Below the pieces are notes generated by a model that did not search any database, was not told the origin of the DNA, and worked only from the letters and a program-made list of their open reading frames with translations. Shown in pieces: positions 1 through 12,370 of a stretch of 64,000 nucleotides of DNA. The stretch lies in NCBI RefSeq assembly GCF_000143415.4, contig NW_003314354.1:410575-474574 (forward strand), in the 5' to 3' direction. The position numbers and the translations under genes were made by a program. Within the stretch, counting starts at the first letter, position 1; each line of letters opens with the position of its first letter. Source of the stretch: Selaginella moellendorffii (taxonomy: Eukaryota > Plantae > Lycopodiophyta).

Positions 1-1636
1 TGATGCATCTAAGTCGCTTGTCGTGTTTAAGGTAATGTCTACGATCATATCATTGCCTTATTGACATTCCTCTTGTTTTTAAGGATTGGAGTCTGGTGTT
101 GTCTTTTGTTGAAGAAATTCTTAAACAACTCTGGGAAGTCGAATGCCGTATTGGTACAAGCAGGAAGCCAAAAGCGAAGAGAAAGCGCGGGGCTGGTCTT
201 ATAAGAGGTGCTGAGACGTTTTCTGAATTACCTGCCTCAGATTTAGATGGTACAAAGGCATCCCGAACAGTGGTGAATACATGGAGAAGCTCGTCTGCAC
301 CCCCATTCTACAAGCCACGGAAAAAGTTTGCGACGCATAAAAGCTTTGACGACATGTCTGTCACCTACGAGGCTCCCAGAAAAAACAAAATCTTAAAGCT
401 GGATACTCTCGACTACCAAGACCGAAAACTTTGCAAGTGGAGACAGATTCTGCTGCGACCGAGACAAAATACTTTCACAACTATCGAAAGGCCTATTTTG
501 CAAATCGGTTCCGGAACCTTGGCCAGTGGAGATTTTCAACCTGATTCTATAACTAAGGAGATGCTGTCAGGCGCGAAAGTGCTTGGTCAAGTTGACAGGA
601 AGTTCATTGCGGCTATCACAAATGGAGTTCTGTTTTTCATCGACCAGGTTTGCGAGCTTCCAATTAGATTCTCATTGCTAGTTTTTCTTTGCAGCACGCC
701 GCTGATGAAAGAGTTCGTTTGGAGGAATTCCGCGATGACGTAAGTATGAAGCCGAAGTATATACTTACCACCAGTGACTTCTTCGTGTAGATCTTTTCCA
801 CGAAAGAAGGCCACGGGACATCCCTTGGAGATCAGTCGGAGGAAGTTGTATGTTTTTCAATTATGCTGTGTGGATTCCGTTGTCTCAAAGTTTCTTCCAG
901 ATTTTAACTCGGTCAGAACAAGAGGCTCTTGTATCTTACCGGGAAAAAATCGAATACTGGGGTTGGAGATCAACATTTGTTTTCTCTCAAGGGTAAGACT
1001 ATTGTTATTAGCATGAAAAGCTAAGTATTGTTGCACAGTCGTTCCTCGGAAATTTGCAAAGTAGTCTTGGCGGCAGTAAGACTTTTATTTCGTGATTTGC
1101 GGTGTAACCGGCGAAAATGTTTCCAGGTTCCTTGCATCAAAGGAGTAAAGCTTACATCGAAAGACTTATTGGAATATCTTCGCCAGGTTTCTTCATTTCT
1201 TGTTCTTCTTTCTGTAGCACATCACTAAGTGAATAACTTGTAGCTGGTTGATACGCATGGATCATCTAGTGCACCGCCAGCAGTTCTGAGAGTCCTGAAC
1301 TTTAAGGCATGCAGGGGTATGCGTGTGATTGTTTACATTTTGGATGGGACTTTGACGAGACAATGCAGGTGCTATAATGTTTGGAGATTTCCTGCTACCT
1401 AGCGAGTGTGAGCAGTTGGTAAATGCGCTGAAGAAAACGTCGTTGTGCTTTCAGGTTCGTCTTGTTGTTCATTTCCTTCTCGATATTAAAACTTACTTAT
1501 GCAGTGTGCACATGGTCGCCCAACTATGGTCCCGATTGTAAATCTCGAGACTATCCGTACTCACCAGTGGCAATCACCGAAGAAAGACTTTTCCTTTTCC
1601 GTCAACAAGGCCTTGTTTTCTACAAGGAAATTCTGA
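1..1636 (+). CDS. MLH3: DNA mismatch repair protein MLH3 (3' part, multi-exon; 5' end outside window)
   Basis: Spliced translation gives the MutL C-terminal motifs KVLGQVDRKFI...IDQ|HAADERVRLE, KACRG|AIMFGD and FQ|CAHGRPT. GT-AG introns; TGA at 1634-1636. Confidence 0.92.
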
Positions 1637-1737
1637 CAAAGAGGTATCCTACTTTTTCGCAGCTGCTTTTATAACGTTGTTGTCAAACTTGAAGCCACCG
1701 TTGCGTTGAAGCACTTTTTTTGAGCCCTACTTTATCC

Positions 1738-3213
1738 ATGGCGTATCCTCTTTCGCAGTGCACGGCTCTTGTGTTTGTTCCACCGCCCTCTGCAGCTATC
1801 TTTGCTCCTTCCAATAGCAGGCTTCATTTAACAGGTGGGAGCATTTGCAATCGAAGCACTGAGGCTCTTAAGAAAGTGTCCAGATGTGGTTCAGCATCCT
1901 CCTCAATCAATTTTGACTACCAGGTACTGTGAAGTTCACAATGCGTTTTCTGAAAAGTAGTATGCAGTTTCGGGATGACGGTGGAGAGCTAGAACTCCGA
2001 CTCCAGGTGCCGCCTGATCATGAAGAGATTAGCTCCAAGAACGTAGCAATCAATGCACACGATCTTTCTCTCGACGTGGCTTTGATGTCCCAAAAAGGCA
2101 TCAGGACTCTTCTCAGCATCCCTCGGTTGTATAGCAGGATAAAGCCGATTGAAACAATGTGGTATGGTGTTGTATTTTACTAATTTTTTATTTCTAAGAT
2201 GTAGCCTTATGCAGGTTCATTGACGAGGACGAGATTGTCTTGAGCTTGAAAAAGCAAGATGTCACACAACCGTGGCCTGGCCTTCTGGAAGCTTGGGAGT
2301 ACCTTGGGAAAGGTGTGGCCGGCATGCTCAAAGCAACTTCCATATACATTGTAGGAGATTCCACATTGATTAACTCAGCAGTTGCAAAAGAGCTGGCTTT
2401 GGCGTTGGGGTAAGCCCATCAGCAAGCTCTTTGTCTTTTGACGCTACTACCTTTGCAGATACGTGCCTCTAGAAAGTAAAAAACTGATGGAGCAGCTACT
2501 CAAGACGTCACTTGATGATTGTAAGTTGCTCGACGAGATTTTATTCCTACTGAGTTCAGCGATTCCTACTTAGATGCGAAGTTGGAAGGCCCGGATGCGG
2601 TTGCAGAGTTGGAGTGCAAAGTTTTCGAGACTCTCAGCAAGTAAGTAAGCTCCAAACGATCTCTACTTCGATTGCTAACATCTATAATTTACGTCAGGCA
2701 GCTGAGAGTTGTCGTAGCAACACTAGGAGGAGATCAAGGCGCGGCATCAAAACCACATAGCTGGAGATTTATGTATGCTGGTTTTACCGTGTGGCTTTCA
2801 CGCAGCCAGTCCCAAGGTTCGTTTCACTCATTTCAATCCGTTGGTTCTTTATTCCTTCTTATATTTCACAGATGAAGCTGGCGCAGAGAAAGAAGCCGTG
2901 AAAGCGAAAGAAGGCAGCGTCGTCTACAGCAAAGCCGAGACGGTGGTCGCTCTTAGCGGCTGGGAAGACGGCGCTGCTAGAGACGCCGCGGAGGGTTGCC
3001 TTCGAGCTCTCAAGTATCTCATCGAGTCCGATAAAGAACTTCCAGGTTCGCATTCCTGGTTTCACAGTTTTAATTCTCTCTCTTTCGTCTTCCCGCTTCC
3101 TTGGAGGCTGATTCAAGCTTTTAAATCCAGGGAACAAGAGCTTGTATGTGCGACTAGGCGCTCGCGGTGATTGGCCCAACATCATGCCTCCAGGATGGGA
3201 TCCAGCGGCATAG
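1738..3213 (+). CDS. SKL2: Shikimate kinase-like 2 (CS/p23 domain plus inactive shikimate kinase; plastid transit-like N-terminus)
   Basis: DYQ|FRDDGGELELRL...IKPIETMW|FIDEDE (CS domain), TSIYIVGDS...AKELALALG|YVPL, and C-terminal LPG|NKSLYVRLGARGDWPNIMPPGWDP*. Multiple short GT-AG introns. Confidence 0.88.
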
Positions 3214-3480
3214 TTGGCCAAAAAGAAGGAAAAAGAAAAAGGAGGGGGGCTGTCGGGATCGAACCGGGGACCAATGCCGGGGTCGTAGAGTAGGGCAGCG
3301 GACAGCGCGCTTGCACGCGCCGTTCTCCGCGGTTCCAGGGCGACGCACGCTTCCACTCGCCATCGCGAGGTACGAATATGCTCGGGCCGTTGTCCAGGAG
3401 CCAGGAAAGAGGTGGATTGATGGGTTTAGCAGCAGCTCAGGGCAGGCTTTGGAAACCAATCGGTGGCGGCAGTGGAATGG

Positions 3481-5011
3481 ATGGGGGAAATTCACAGGAA
3501 GTATTGGTGTGAAGACGGCGACGAGCTGGTCGACAGTGGTGGGTACTTCTTTTTCCCCGAGCTGGAGGCTATGGATGGGGAGTATCAGGTGGACATCTTA
3601 AACCATCACCCAGCTCCGTTTTTGTCCGAGGCAGCGGCGTTGGGCTTGGCAAAGAGTGGCGGCGGTGTGGTGGTTTCTTCTTCTCAGGCTGGTGGTGGCA
3701 ATGCTGGTGGTAGCAGAGTTGGAGCTTCCACAAACGACCAACGTTTCCTTCTGGTTTTCATCTTTGGAGCTTACTTCGGGCCGGACTTGAGGAACGAAGT
3801 TCCCAGAAAGTCAGCACTGCAGAGGATTGCTCACCGGCTCCCAATATACACGTCCGATGACTTGGGCGGTTCCGTGTTTAAGCTCTCGGAGATGGAGAGC
3901 ATCTACTACTACGCGCTCAGGCATTCGCATCCGTCCGCCAGGGTGAAGCTCCAGTCCCTGTACAAGTTCCTGCAGGGCCATCTTGCTCCACCCGTGAGAG
4001 AAGCCCTGGAAGACGATCGGCAGTTTACGACGTTCTTCCCTCCTCACTTGCACAGGCAGTCTCGGTACAAAGGGACGTACAAGGTGGTGGAGAGCATGGT
4101 GTTTATCAACGAACCGGAACTATCCTATATGAAGCTGGAAGATATCGAGAGGTTTAAGAGGTTGACGGGGCTGGGTGATCTCACGATGGACCGGGACTTA
4201 GCGAGGAGTTTCCAGCATGGGCAGAGAAACGACAGGGACGAAGAGAGGCAGGCTAGATTTTACGCTCTGGCAGAAGCTCGTGGACCACTTGGAGTGGATC
4301 AAGACGGTCGGCCACTCCCTCATGTTTTGCCGGATCCCAACTTGGAGTCTCGAAAGAAGAGAAAGAAAAGAGAGCAAGCAGAGGCGTCTCTGGCTGCTGC
4401 CACGGACTTGACACAAAGAGATGACAGGACGTCTGCGACGCAGTGGCCGCCAAGTTCTCAAATGCCTGCTGCGGCCATGCTGCTCATCCCGTCACTTCCG
4501 ACCGTGGAGCAGTGGAACAGGATAGTGGACGCTGCGAGGCCGTCAATAGTTCTTACGGGGACTGCCGCGGCTAGACAGTCGGGGCCACTGGTCGGACTCG
4601 TGGATATCGGAGTCGCCGACGACGCTTATCTCTTCAGAGCTGCTTTGCCGGGAGTCAAGAAAGACGAAGGTATGCTCGAGTCGAGAGCGAAAAGAGTTTG
4701 TTTGGATCTCTCTGACTGATATGACTTGTGAATCAGGCGACTTTAATTGCGAAGTGGAGTGTGATGGGAAGGTTACTATCAAAGGCATGACAACAACCGG
4801 GGAATCCAGGATTTTCAGGACGAATAGAATGTTTCACATGCAAACGCAGTACCTTTGTCCGCCAGGCCCGTTTAGTGTTTCTTTCAACCTTCCGGGACCC
4901 GTTGAGCCGAATCAGTTCACAGGCACGTTTGGATCCGATGGCGTGCTCGAAGGCATCGTGATGAAAGCGAGAGTCAGAAGCGGTGCTGCGTGCTTGACAT
5001 TTGAACCTTGA
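3481..5011 (+). CDS. IDM2: Alpha-crystallin/HSP20-domain protein of the IDM2/IDM3 (Increased DNA Methylation) type
   Basis: N-terminal FLLVFIFGAYFGPDL block. C-terminal ACD GLVDIGVADDAYLFRAALPGV...QTQYLCPPGPFSVSFNLPGPVEP...DGVLEGIVMK. One intron at ~4670-4737. Start could be 3481 or 3571. Confidence 0.8.
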
Positions 5012-5168
5012 GCCTCTTTCGTCCCAAGGCAGCGAGACTTTCGTCGTCACATATTTTTTCAAGCCTGATAGGACAAGAGGTACATGGTTTTTCTGGTTTT
5101 CCGGTTACGTGAATTGTTGGTTTCCCTGTCAGATGTGGAATCTATAATGACTTCGGACGCGCTTTGGA

Positions 5169-6235
5169 TCATGGTCTTTTGAGGTAAGACACGACAATCT
5201 TGTTATACTCAGAAACTCTCTCGAACTGCGGTGCATGAGCTGTGTTCTTGATGACTGCAACCTCTGCTTGCTCCCCGAGATGCCTGCGAGAAAAAAAAAA
5301 GTTTTAGAAAGATTGGAGATTTGATGTCGAGTAACTCACTTCCTTAGCTTGTATGCGTATTCAACGTCGAAAACTTTGTCATGGTCTCCCCAGACGATGA
5401 GAACGTCCTGAATTATCCAGTCAGCTCACTCGTTCTCTTTGGACAACGCAGGAAACTTACCTGGCTCAGCGTTGGCAACTCTGGGGAATCGGCTTTGCCC
5501 AGAACAAGCCCCTGCAGCAGCTCAAGCTTCTCCTTGGTGTTCTTCTTGTACACAGCCTGAGAATTCACGCAAGAGGTAGTGCTTCTACTCGTTTCTCTGG
5601 ATTCTTATACGTACCTCCAGATAATCCTTGAAGACAAAGTCGGGCATGATGCGTGGGAGTTTGTAGAAGCAGAGCTCAAACGCGGTCCTCGCATCTCTCC
5701 AGTTGCTAGGCATCAAAACATCGGCCACGCTGCGAACGCCACAGTACTCCACGAGCCGGCGATCCGAGGCAGGGTCCTTGTTGGGAGCCGAGTTTGAGAG
5801 AACGACTCTACGCACAGCCTCGGGGAACATATGAGCCATCCTGTACGCGACGAAGCCACCGTAGCTGGTTCCAACAACGTCGAACTTGTTGACGCCGAAT
5901 TTCTCCAGGAGCTCCACCACGCACTCGGCCTGGTAGAATTCCGATCGCTCCGCGCTGCTGGTGGTGGAGTCTCCGAAGAAGACGAGGTCCGGGATGTAGA
6001 GGTCGAAGGATTTGGAGAAAGAGGGGACCTGGAAGATCCAGGACAGACCATACAGGCCGAATGCGTGGAGCAGCACCAGGGGTGGATTCTTGCGGGTTTT
6101 CTTTGGAGCCCAGCAGCGGATAGTGGCTCCATTGTCGAGCTTGACGACTCTCGACTCGAGGCCATACCAGTGGAAGAAATTGGTAGCGCGAGCCATTGCA
6201 AAGGTCGCCGCGTTACATCCCAGGCAGCCACCCAT
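5169..6235 (-). CDS. Alpha/beta-hydrolase fold protein
   Basis: LVLLHAFG, PDLVFFGDS, nucleophile GTSYGG, later exons IVWGDHDKVF and NTAHAPQFE. 4 exons; stop at 5169-5171. Confidence 0.9.
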
Positions 6236-7512
6236 CTTCTTCTTCAAGCAAAGCAAGGCTCACAGCTCGCAGCTCCTCGTTCTTCGTGGATCCACCGCTT
6301 CTTCGATTCGATCAAACCAAGAGCAGTGGAAGTAAAAAGGAGAAAGAAGGCCCCCGCGAGTTTTATGGGACGAAAAGGAAACTTCTCGACGCGATTGATA
6401 GCGCTTTTCTCTCGGAGAGGAGGAATCAGGAGGGCAAAAGAGGGGGATGATCTCTTCCTGAAATTTCGTAAACTCCCCACGCCAAGAAGGTGAAGGAGCA
6501 CAAGGATGATATGATAAAAGAGTGGTGCCTCAGCTCCTACGCATTGCGCCATAAAAGAAGAGACATGGGGTGGTCTTTTTGGCTACTCATTTTTTGGCAG
6601 CACTAAATGCCAGGCGGTAGTAAGTTGTGGCAGAGAGGGGGTCCATGTCAAAAAATCAAAGCTCCTCCACTTCTTGACTTCCCGCGCGCGCCAAATCTTT
6701 TACTTTGGAGATTTAAATCGGGTAGGAGGTCGCGATCTCGACTCGGCTGTAGAGCATAGTTTGTCTTCCCTCGCTTTTTTTTAAAATCTAAGGTTTAGGG
6801 TTTCATTCGAAAATCTCATTTGATTTGGCTTCCGGTCCTTGGGGTTAAGTACCAGGCGATAAAGGTGGGAAATTTTGTTTCTAAATTTTAGTTGAATCGT
6901 CTCGTTTTCGAATAAAGCAGGCTATGCGACGTCAAAATGCGATTGCTCAGCTCGAATGCATAGTCAGTGTGCTAAACTAAGTTCCAAAGGCACCGGGGTG
7001 ATTTTATTCTAATCTCTGTTTCTGTGTTGTCAGATTCTGAGGTCTTGCACTAGTTGTCTGCGAAGGTTTGGATCCGACTGAGGACATTCAGCCAGCCGAG
7101 AACGAGCAAAGGACCAGAGCAGAAGCTAACTGTTTTTACTTCTATGCAGCAGGCACGGCTGAAATAGAGTTTGCGATCGCCTTTGCCCTGTGAGTCCTTT
7201 TACTTCTTGTACCGTTTTCCAAGCTAGCTAACGAGTTTTGAATACCACTTCAAATGATGGACGAATCTATACATACGAAATTTAAGAGACTGTCAAAGAG
7301 TATTGAAGGTGAGAACCATTTTTGGCTGTGATGAACATCAAATTTGTTACTTGCAACTGCCTTTGAGATACTCAAAAGTCTGGCTGGTCGGATTGTTCTT
7401 AGAGCGGCAAGGCAATGAACGCAGATCAGAACTGCGAAGACAGCGAATTAAAAGTGAAGTTTATCTTTGTTTTCTGATCAAAGATCAGTTTTTCTCTGAC
7501 GCTGTATGGCTT

Positions 7513-8110
7513 TCAGAAGCCACAGTATGTGATATTGTCCATGAAATGGAAGTAGCAGCCCACTGCCTGAGGTGTGCACCTCTGAATCATCTCGCAAGAC
7601 CAGCACTCCAAGCGGAAGCCGCCTTTCTTGCAAGTTACATTGTAAAACGGCTGACAGCTCTGCGCGACAGTATCACGATGGCATACTCCTGCACAGTACG
7701 TAAGAATCTCATAAACTCGACCGAAAAAAAGAAGAAATGGACAAAGATCTCTTCACCAAATTGTGTTCTGTACAGCAGCTTGCGACCGCTCCGTCCCTTC
7801 TGATTTCATTTCCATCAGTTCCAAGTTCCCACACTCAAAAAGTACAATGCGAGCAGGAGCAGGATAGTACCTCTGAGTTCCCGGACGATCCCAGATCATA
7901 CCACGGTTTACTTTTCGCCAAGAATGATCGCAAGCTCTTGATCCAGCGACCATTATCTTCCACACCAAGAGAAGATGGTGGTGGTGGTGGTGATGATGAA
8001 GAAAACGGGTGAAGCAGCAGCAATCCCAGGAGAAGCATTAAGAGCAAGAGCAGCAAAACTAGAAAGCGTGTCATGATCATCCTTCCTCCTCCCGCGACGA
8101 GAAGAATCAT
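7513..8110 (-). CDS. Putative secreted cysteine-rich peptide precursor (signal peptide, prodomain ending RKLL, 8-Cys C-terminal domain)
   Basis: Exons 8110-7871, 7799-7757 and 7688-7513 join in frame through GT-AG introns. Leu-rich signal peptide; C-terminal CHRDTVAQSCQPFYNVTCKKGGFRLECWSCEMIQRCTPQAVGCYFHFMDNITYCGF*. Confidence 0.72.
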
Positions 8111-8776
8111 TACTTGAGCAGAGCGAGCTCACTCGAAACAGGCAGGCAGAGCTGTGAGAAGAAGAAGAGTGTAAGATTTTCTCCGGAAGACAAAGCCAAG
8201 ATCACTCTAGCGAGGAGAATTTGGTAACGCTTTAAGTAGGGGATCGAGATGACCCGCGTGGAGTGTCCAGAAACTCCAGAGATGGAGCGATGAGGCCACC
8301 GGTTTAGTCCGGTTCTGCAAACTCTCTTTAAAGCGCGTGTGATAAGACAGAACTGACCAGTGACCGCCACCATTGTGAAGCTCGAGAAATACCTGTGCGT
8401 GTCCTGTGTCCTTCCTGTGCATGGTTAACTTCACCCACATTTAAAGGTGGTGTGTGAGAACACTCAAAAAAAGGAAGAAAAAAACGAAGAAAGATGCCCT
8501 CCAAGCAAATGAGAGCAAGCAAGAAGCTAGAGCTATGCACGCTTCACAACACTAGCAAAATTTAGGGCTTCTAAATGTGATAGCGTTCATTGGCCTCGCT
8601 CAAGTGACCATAAGAATATCCAGTGCTCGAGGAAAGCTGGAAAGTTGGCGGACAATAGGATAAAAGCCCTAAACCCAGATATTAGGGCAACTCTCGCTCT
8701 TCATTCTTGGCACTCCGTGAGCCACGTAAAAGGCGATGGTGGAGGAGAGGCTGCCCTCTTTCTAGCCACATTCTCC

Positions 8777-11367
8777 ATGGCTGCCAAGAGCGGCAGCGAA
8801 TTGGAGGCGCCACTGCTCGATCGCAGCTCCTCTCCTCCTCCCAGCAGCAATGGCGCGGCCGCGAGGAAGATTACGGCATGGATGCTGCGCGCGCTCATGT
8901 GGATCGTGTTCCTGGCGTGGATTTTGGTGCTTCTCGCGTTCCCGAAGATCAAGCTAGGGCCAGGGAGCTCCTCGTCGCAGTCTCTTGGCACGGGTAAGAT
9001 AGAGAGAGATCTAGAATGCATTCTTTGGTTTCTAAAATAATTTCTTTGCAATGCCGCAGGCATTGTGTTGCTACTGTTTGCTGCTCCAGTTCTTTCGCTG
9101 GCGCTCTTGGCGACAATCTATTTGGAGATTAGAATCAAACCAGTCTCCACGACCAAGTAAGTTTTCACAGCTGGTTTCTCTCGTAGATCATCTCGGGGTT
9201 ATAATTTTCTAGGAAGAGCCAGCCAGCGATTTCTCTATGGACTTGTCCTTGTCTCGTTGATGGACTGCTGGGTGTAGTCTCTGCTGCCGAAGTTCTTCTT
9301 ATCGTTGCTTTCGTTGGCTACCTGGTGTGGTGCTTGACGATTTACGTGATCAACGATAGTGATCTCGTCCAACGATTCATGAAATTTCCTGCCATCCGAG
9401 AGAAGTTCCTACCGTAAGCTACGAGTTTTTTATTTCTTTTTTCTGTACTAAAATAATCTTCTTCCAGATGGGAGCTGTGGACGTACGTCATTGGACTCCG
9501 GTTTGGATTTCTTGGTCTTTTCTGTCTGGGCTTCTTGCTCCTTCCGGTTGCGAGAGGCTCCCCGTTGCTTCGGCTGATAGACATCCCTTTTGAGCACGCT
9601 GTGAAGTATCACGTCTGGCTCGGACACCTTACCATGGCGATATTTACCATTCACGGTCTTTGTTATGTCGTGGTTTGGACAGTTCAAGGTCGATTGGAAG
9701 AGGTAAGCTGGCTTTCAAGTTTCTTTTCTGCGAGATTTTCTCCGTTTCCAGCTTCTAGCATGGCAAAGAATTGGAGTTGCGAACTTGCCAGGGGAGATAT
9801 CTCTTGTGGCTGGGTTACTTCTCTGGATGACGTCTTTTGGCTACATCCGGCAGGCCTTCTTTGAGCTTTTCTTTTACACACACCAGCTCTACGTGGTGTT
9901 TTTCGTCTTCATGGCCTTCCACATTGGCGACTTGTCGTTCTGCATTTCCATGGCGGGTTTCTTTCTATTTATGCTCGACCGGTTTCTGAGATTCTGTCAG
10001 TCACGAAGGTCAGTAGATCTGTTAGTATCCAGGGTACTACCATGCGGTACCATTGAGGTTGCGCTCTCGAAACCTCAAGGTATGAACTCAGTTCTCTTCA
10101 TTTGTTTAATTTTTTGTCTCTGTGCAGATCTCAACTACAATGCACTCAGCTTTATATTTCTGAGCTTTCCTAAAATCTCTTTTCTCCAGTGGCATCCCTT
10201 TAGCGTTTCATCTAGTCCATATGATGCTCGAGACAACATGTCTTTCCTCATCAAACCTCTTGGTTCCTGGACTGGCGAGTTGCAAAAGCTTATCAAGGAG
10301 TCTACGAACAAAAGAAATGCCTGCCCGGTGCTTGGTGTCGAAGGTCCATATGGACACGAGTCTGACTACTACCTCAAGTAAGTAATCTAGCTATCTAGCA
10401 AAATCATAACGGCTTGAATTTGTAGGTATGAAGCATTGGTCCTGGTAGCCGGCGGAATAGGAGTCTCACCTTTCATAGCAATCTTAAGAGATATTTTGCA
10501 CCGTTACAACATGAACCACGGCAATCTTCCGAAAGAGGTGACGCTTATATGGGCAGTAAAATACTCCAAGGAACTCGGTATCATCAATTTGGTCCAGCCG
10601 GAGTTTATTTTCCCCGACTATGCTTCCAGGCTCAAACTCACTATCCAGGCTTTTGTAACTAGAGAAATCCAGCCAGACATCGAGGAAGCTACGCCACTCC
10701 CAGAACATATCTTGAGCTTCGCAAAGAAACCAGACAGCAAACCAGTCTCCACTCTGGTTGGAACTTACAGCAACCTTTGGATGGGAGTCTACATCGCTGT
10801 CTCGACTGCCGGTTTTTTTCTCACTCAAACTATTATGGAGAAGTTTTTCCTTGGACCCATGACGGTGCCCACCGAGGGAGGTAGCAGTGGCGGCTCTGTC
10901 TCGTGGACAGTGAGAGCGGCAGCTCTCCTCTTAAGTATGACGTGCGGAGTCGTAGTAGTTGGAGGCTTGGCCATCGCCTTGTGGGACTGGATCGAACGCT
11001 CTCGAAAGGGACGAAAGTCCGGTTGCCAGGAAAGTATTATTGGAGCTACCGGTGCCGGGGACAAAGTTGGAGTGGCAGGCTGTCAGCAGCACAGTCTCGT
11101 TGGGCCGTGGAACACCGTCTATGGAAACCGGCCTGAGCTTAAAGGTACGCCCGTTTCAACTTGGTTTACTTGGTTGCACTGATTCTAGTCATGCCACTTC
11201 CAGAAATCTTTGCCGGTTTCACGAAGAAGTGGTCGGGGATCAACGTGGGGGTCCTCGTGTGTGGGCCTTCCACTCTCCAGACAAGCGTTGCGGAAGAATG
11301 CAGAGCAAACAACCTTAAGTTTGGATCCGTGGCTTTCCATTACCATTCCGTAAGCTTTGATCTTTAG
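8777..11367 (+). CDS. FRO: Ferric reduction oxidase (FRO6/7/8-like)
   Basis: LLPVARGS...[25 protein letters not shown] (FAD), [16 protein letters not shown] (NADPH), [16 protein letters not shown]. Multi-exon. Confidence 0.93.
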
Positions 11368-12159
11368 AGATATGATCAGTGAGCTTGAAAAAGCTCACTT
11401 GAATCATCAAAGAGCACTGCTGATCTTTACAGCTATGTATATATTTTGTAACTATGTTCTAGAGGAAAAACTATAAATGTGACGTAAGTAGATCGTGAGT
11501 AAAATTTCAGTGTGTTTTAAGTTCTTCCAATGAGAAAAGTCAATGAACGTCAACGAAGACTCTCACTGACTCTACGCTTCCATACATCTCACGCCTGTAT
11601 CGTTCATGAAAGACGGATAGCACAGCCCCTCCTCACACGACCAATGAACTTGATCTCCACCTCACTTCTGGCCACTTTCCTGACCATGACGTTGATATCT
11701 TGCATATTGCCATGAGTGCCACCAAAGCCGGGGATGTCTGGGTTGTCTAGCATGTGAAGCACCTTCCAGCCATCGCCCAAGTACTCAATGCACACTTCCA
11801 GCCACCTCCTGGGATTCGAGTCATTGATGAACTAATTTTCATTGCATACATGGGTTTTAGCAAGTTTGTTCCTAGCCATGAAGACAATGCTGGGAGAGTT
11901 CTACAATGCTCAACAAGTTCCACAATCCTGATGGGACACCATCCACTCCATATCGGGAGCTCGACTCCTAGGAGACATGCTTGTCTACTTGCTTTGTGAG
12001 GCCAACACAGTGGTCAAGTGCATGTGTGCAAGGACACTATAGCAAAGCTGTTCATCGTGTATGGCTTGATGCTGGATATGCACCCTGGCTTCTGAGGCCA
12101 ATTGCTGCAGCAAAGCAAGATTAATAGTGTGTTGGTAGATCTATCAAAGCAATACAAGT

Positions 12160-12370
12160 GCTTATTTGGGATGAAATTAATATGGTTTATACACTTGTTT
12201 TTTAAGTTATCTGATCGCTATTTAAAAGACTTAAAATAGAATAATTTTTCATGCGGTGGCATTATTATTGTTATAAGTGGTGACCTTTGTAAAACATTAC
12301 CAATTGTCCCACATAGTCACCAAGCATAAATTGTTTTCACATCTGTAAGAATGAATAATCTATGGAGTCT
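12160..12370 (+). pseudogene. Short Helitron/Pif1 helicase remnant
   Basis: IWDEI...DRYLKDL...GGIIIVISGDLCKTLPIVP resembles Pif1 motifs II-III, with stops. Similar to the helicase remnants at 38.1 and 53.3 kb. Confidence 0.6.

Noticed and set aside
7400-7480. U14 snoRNA (TTCGCAGTT on the minus strand)
   Set aside because: Only a partial domain-A match; no domain B and no properly placed C/D boxes.
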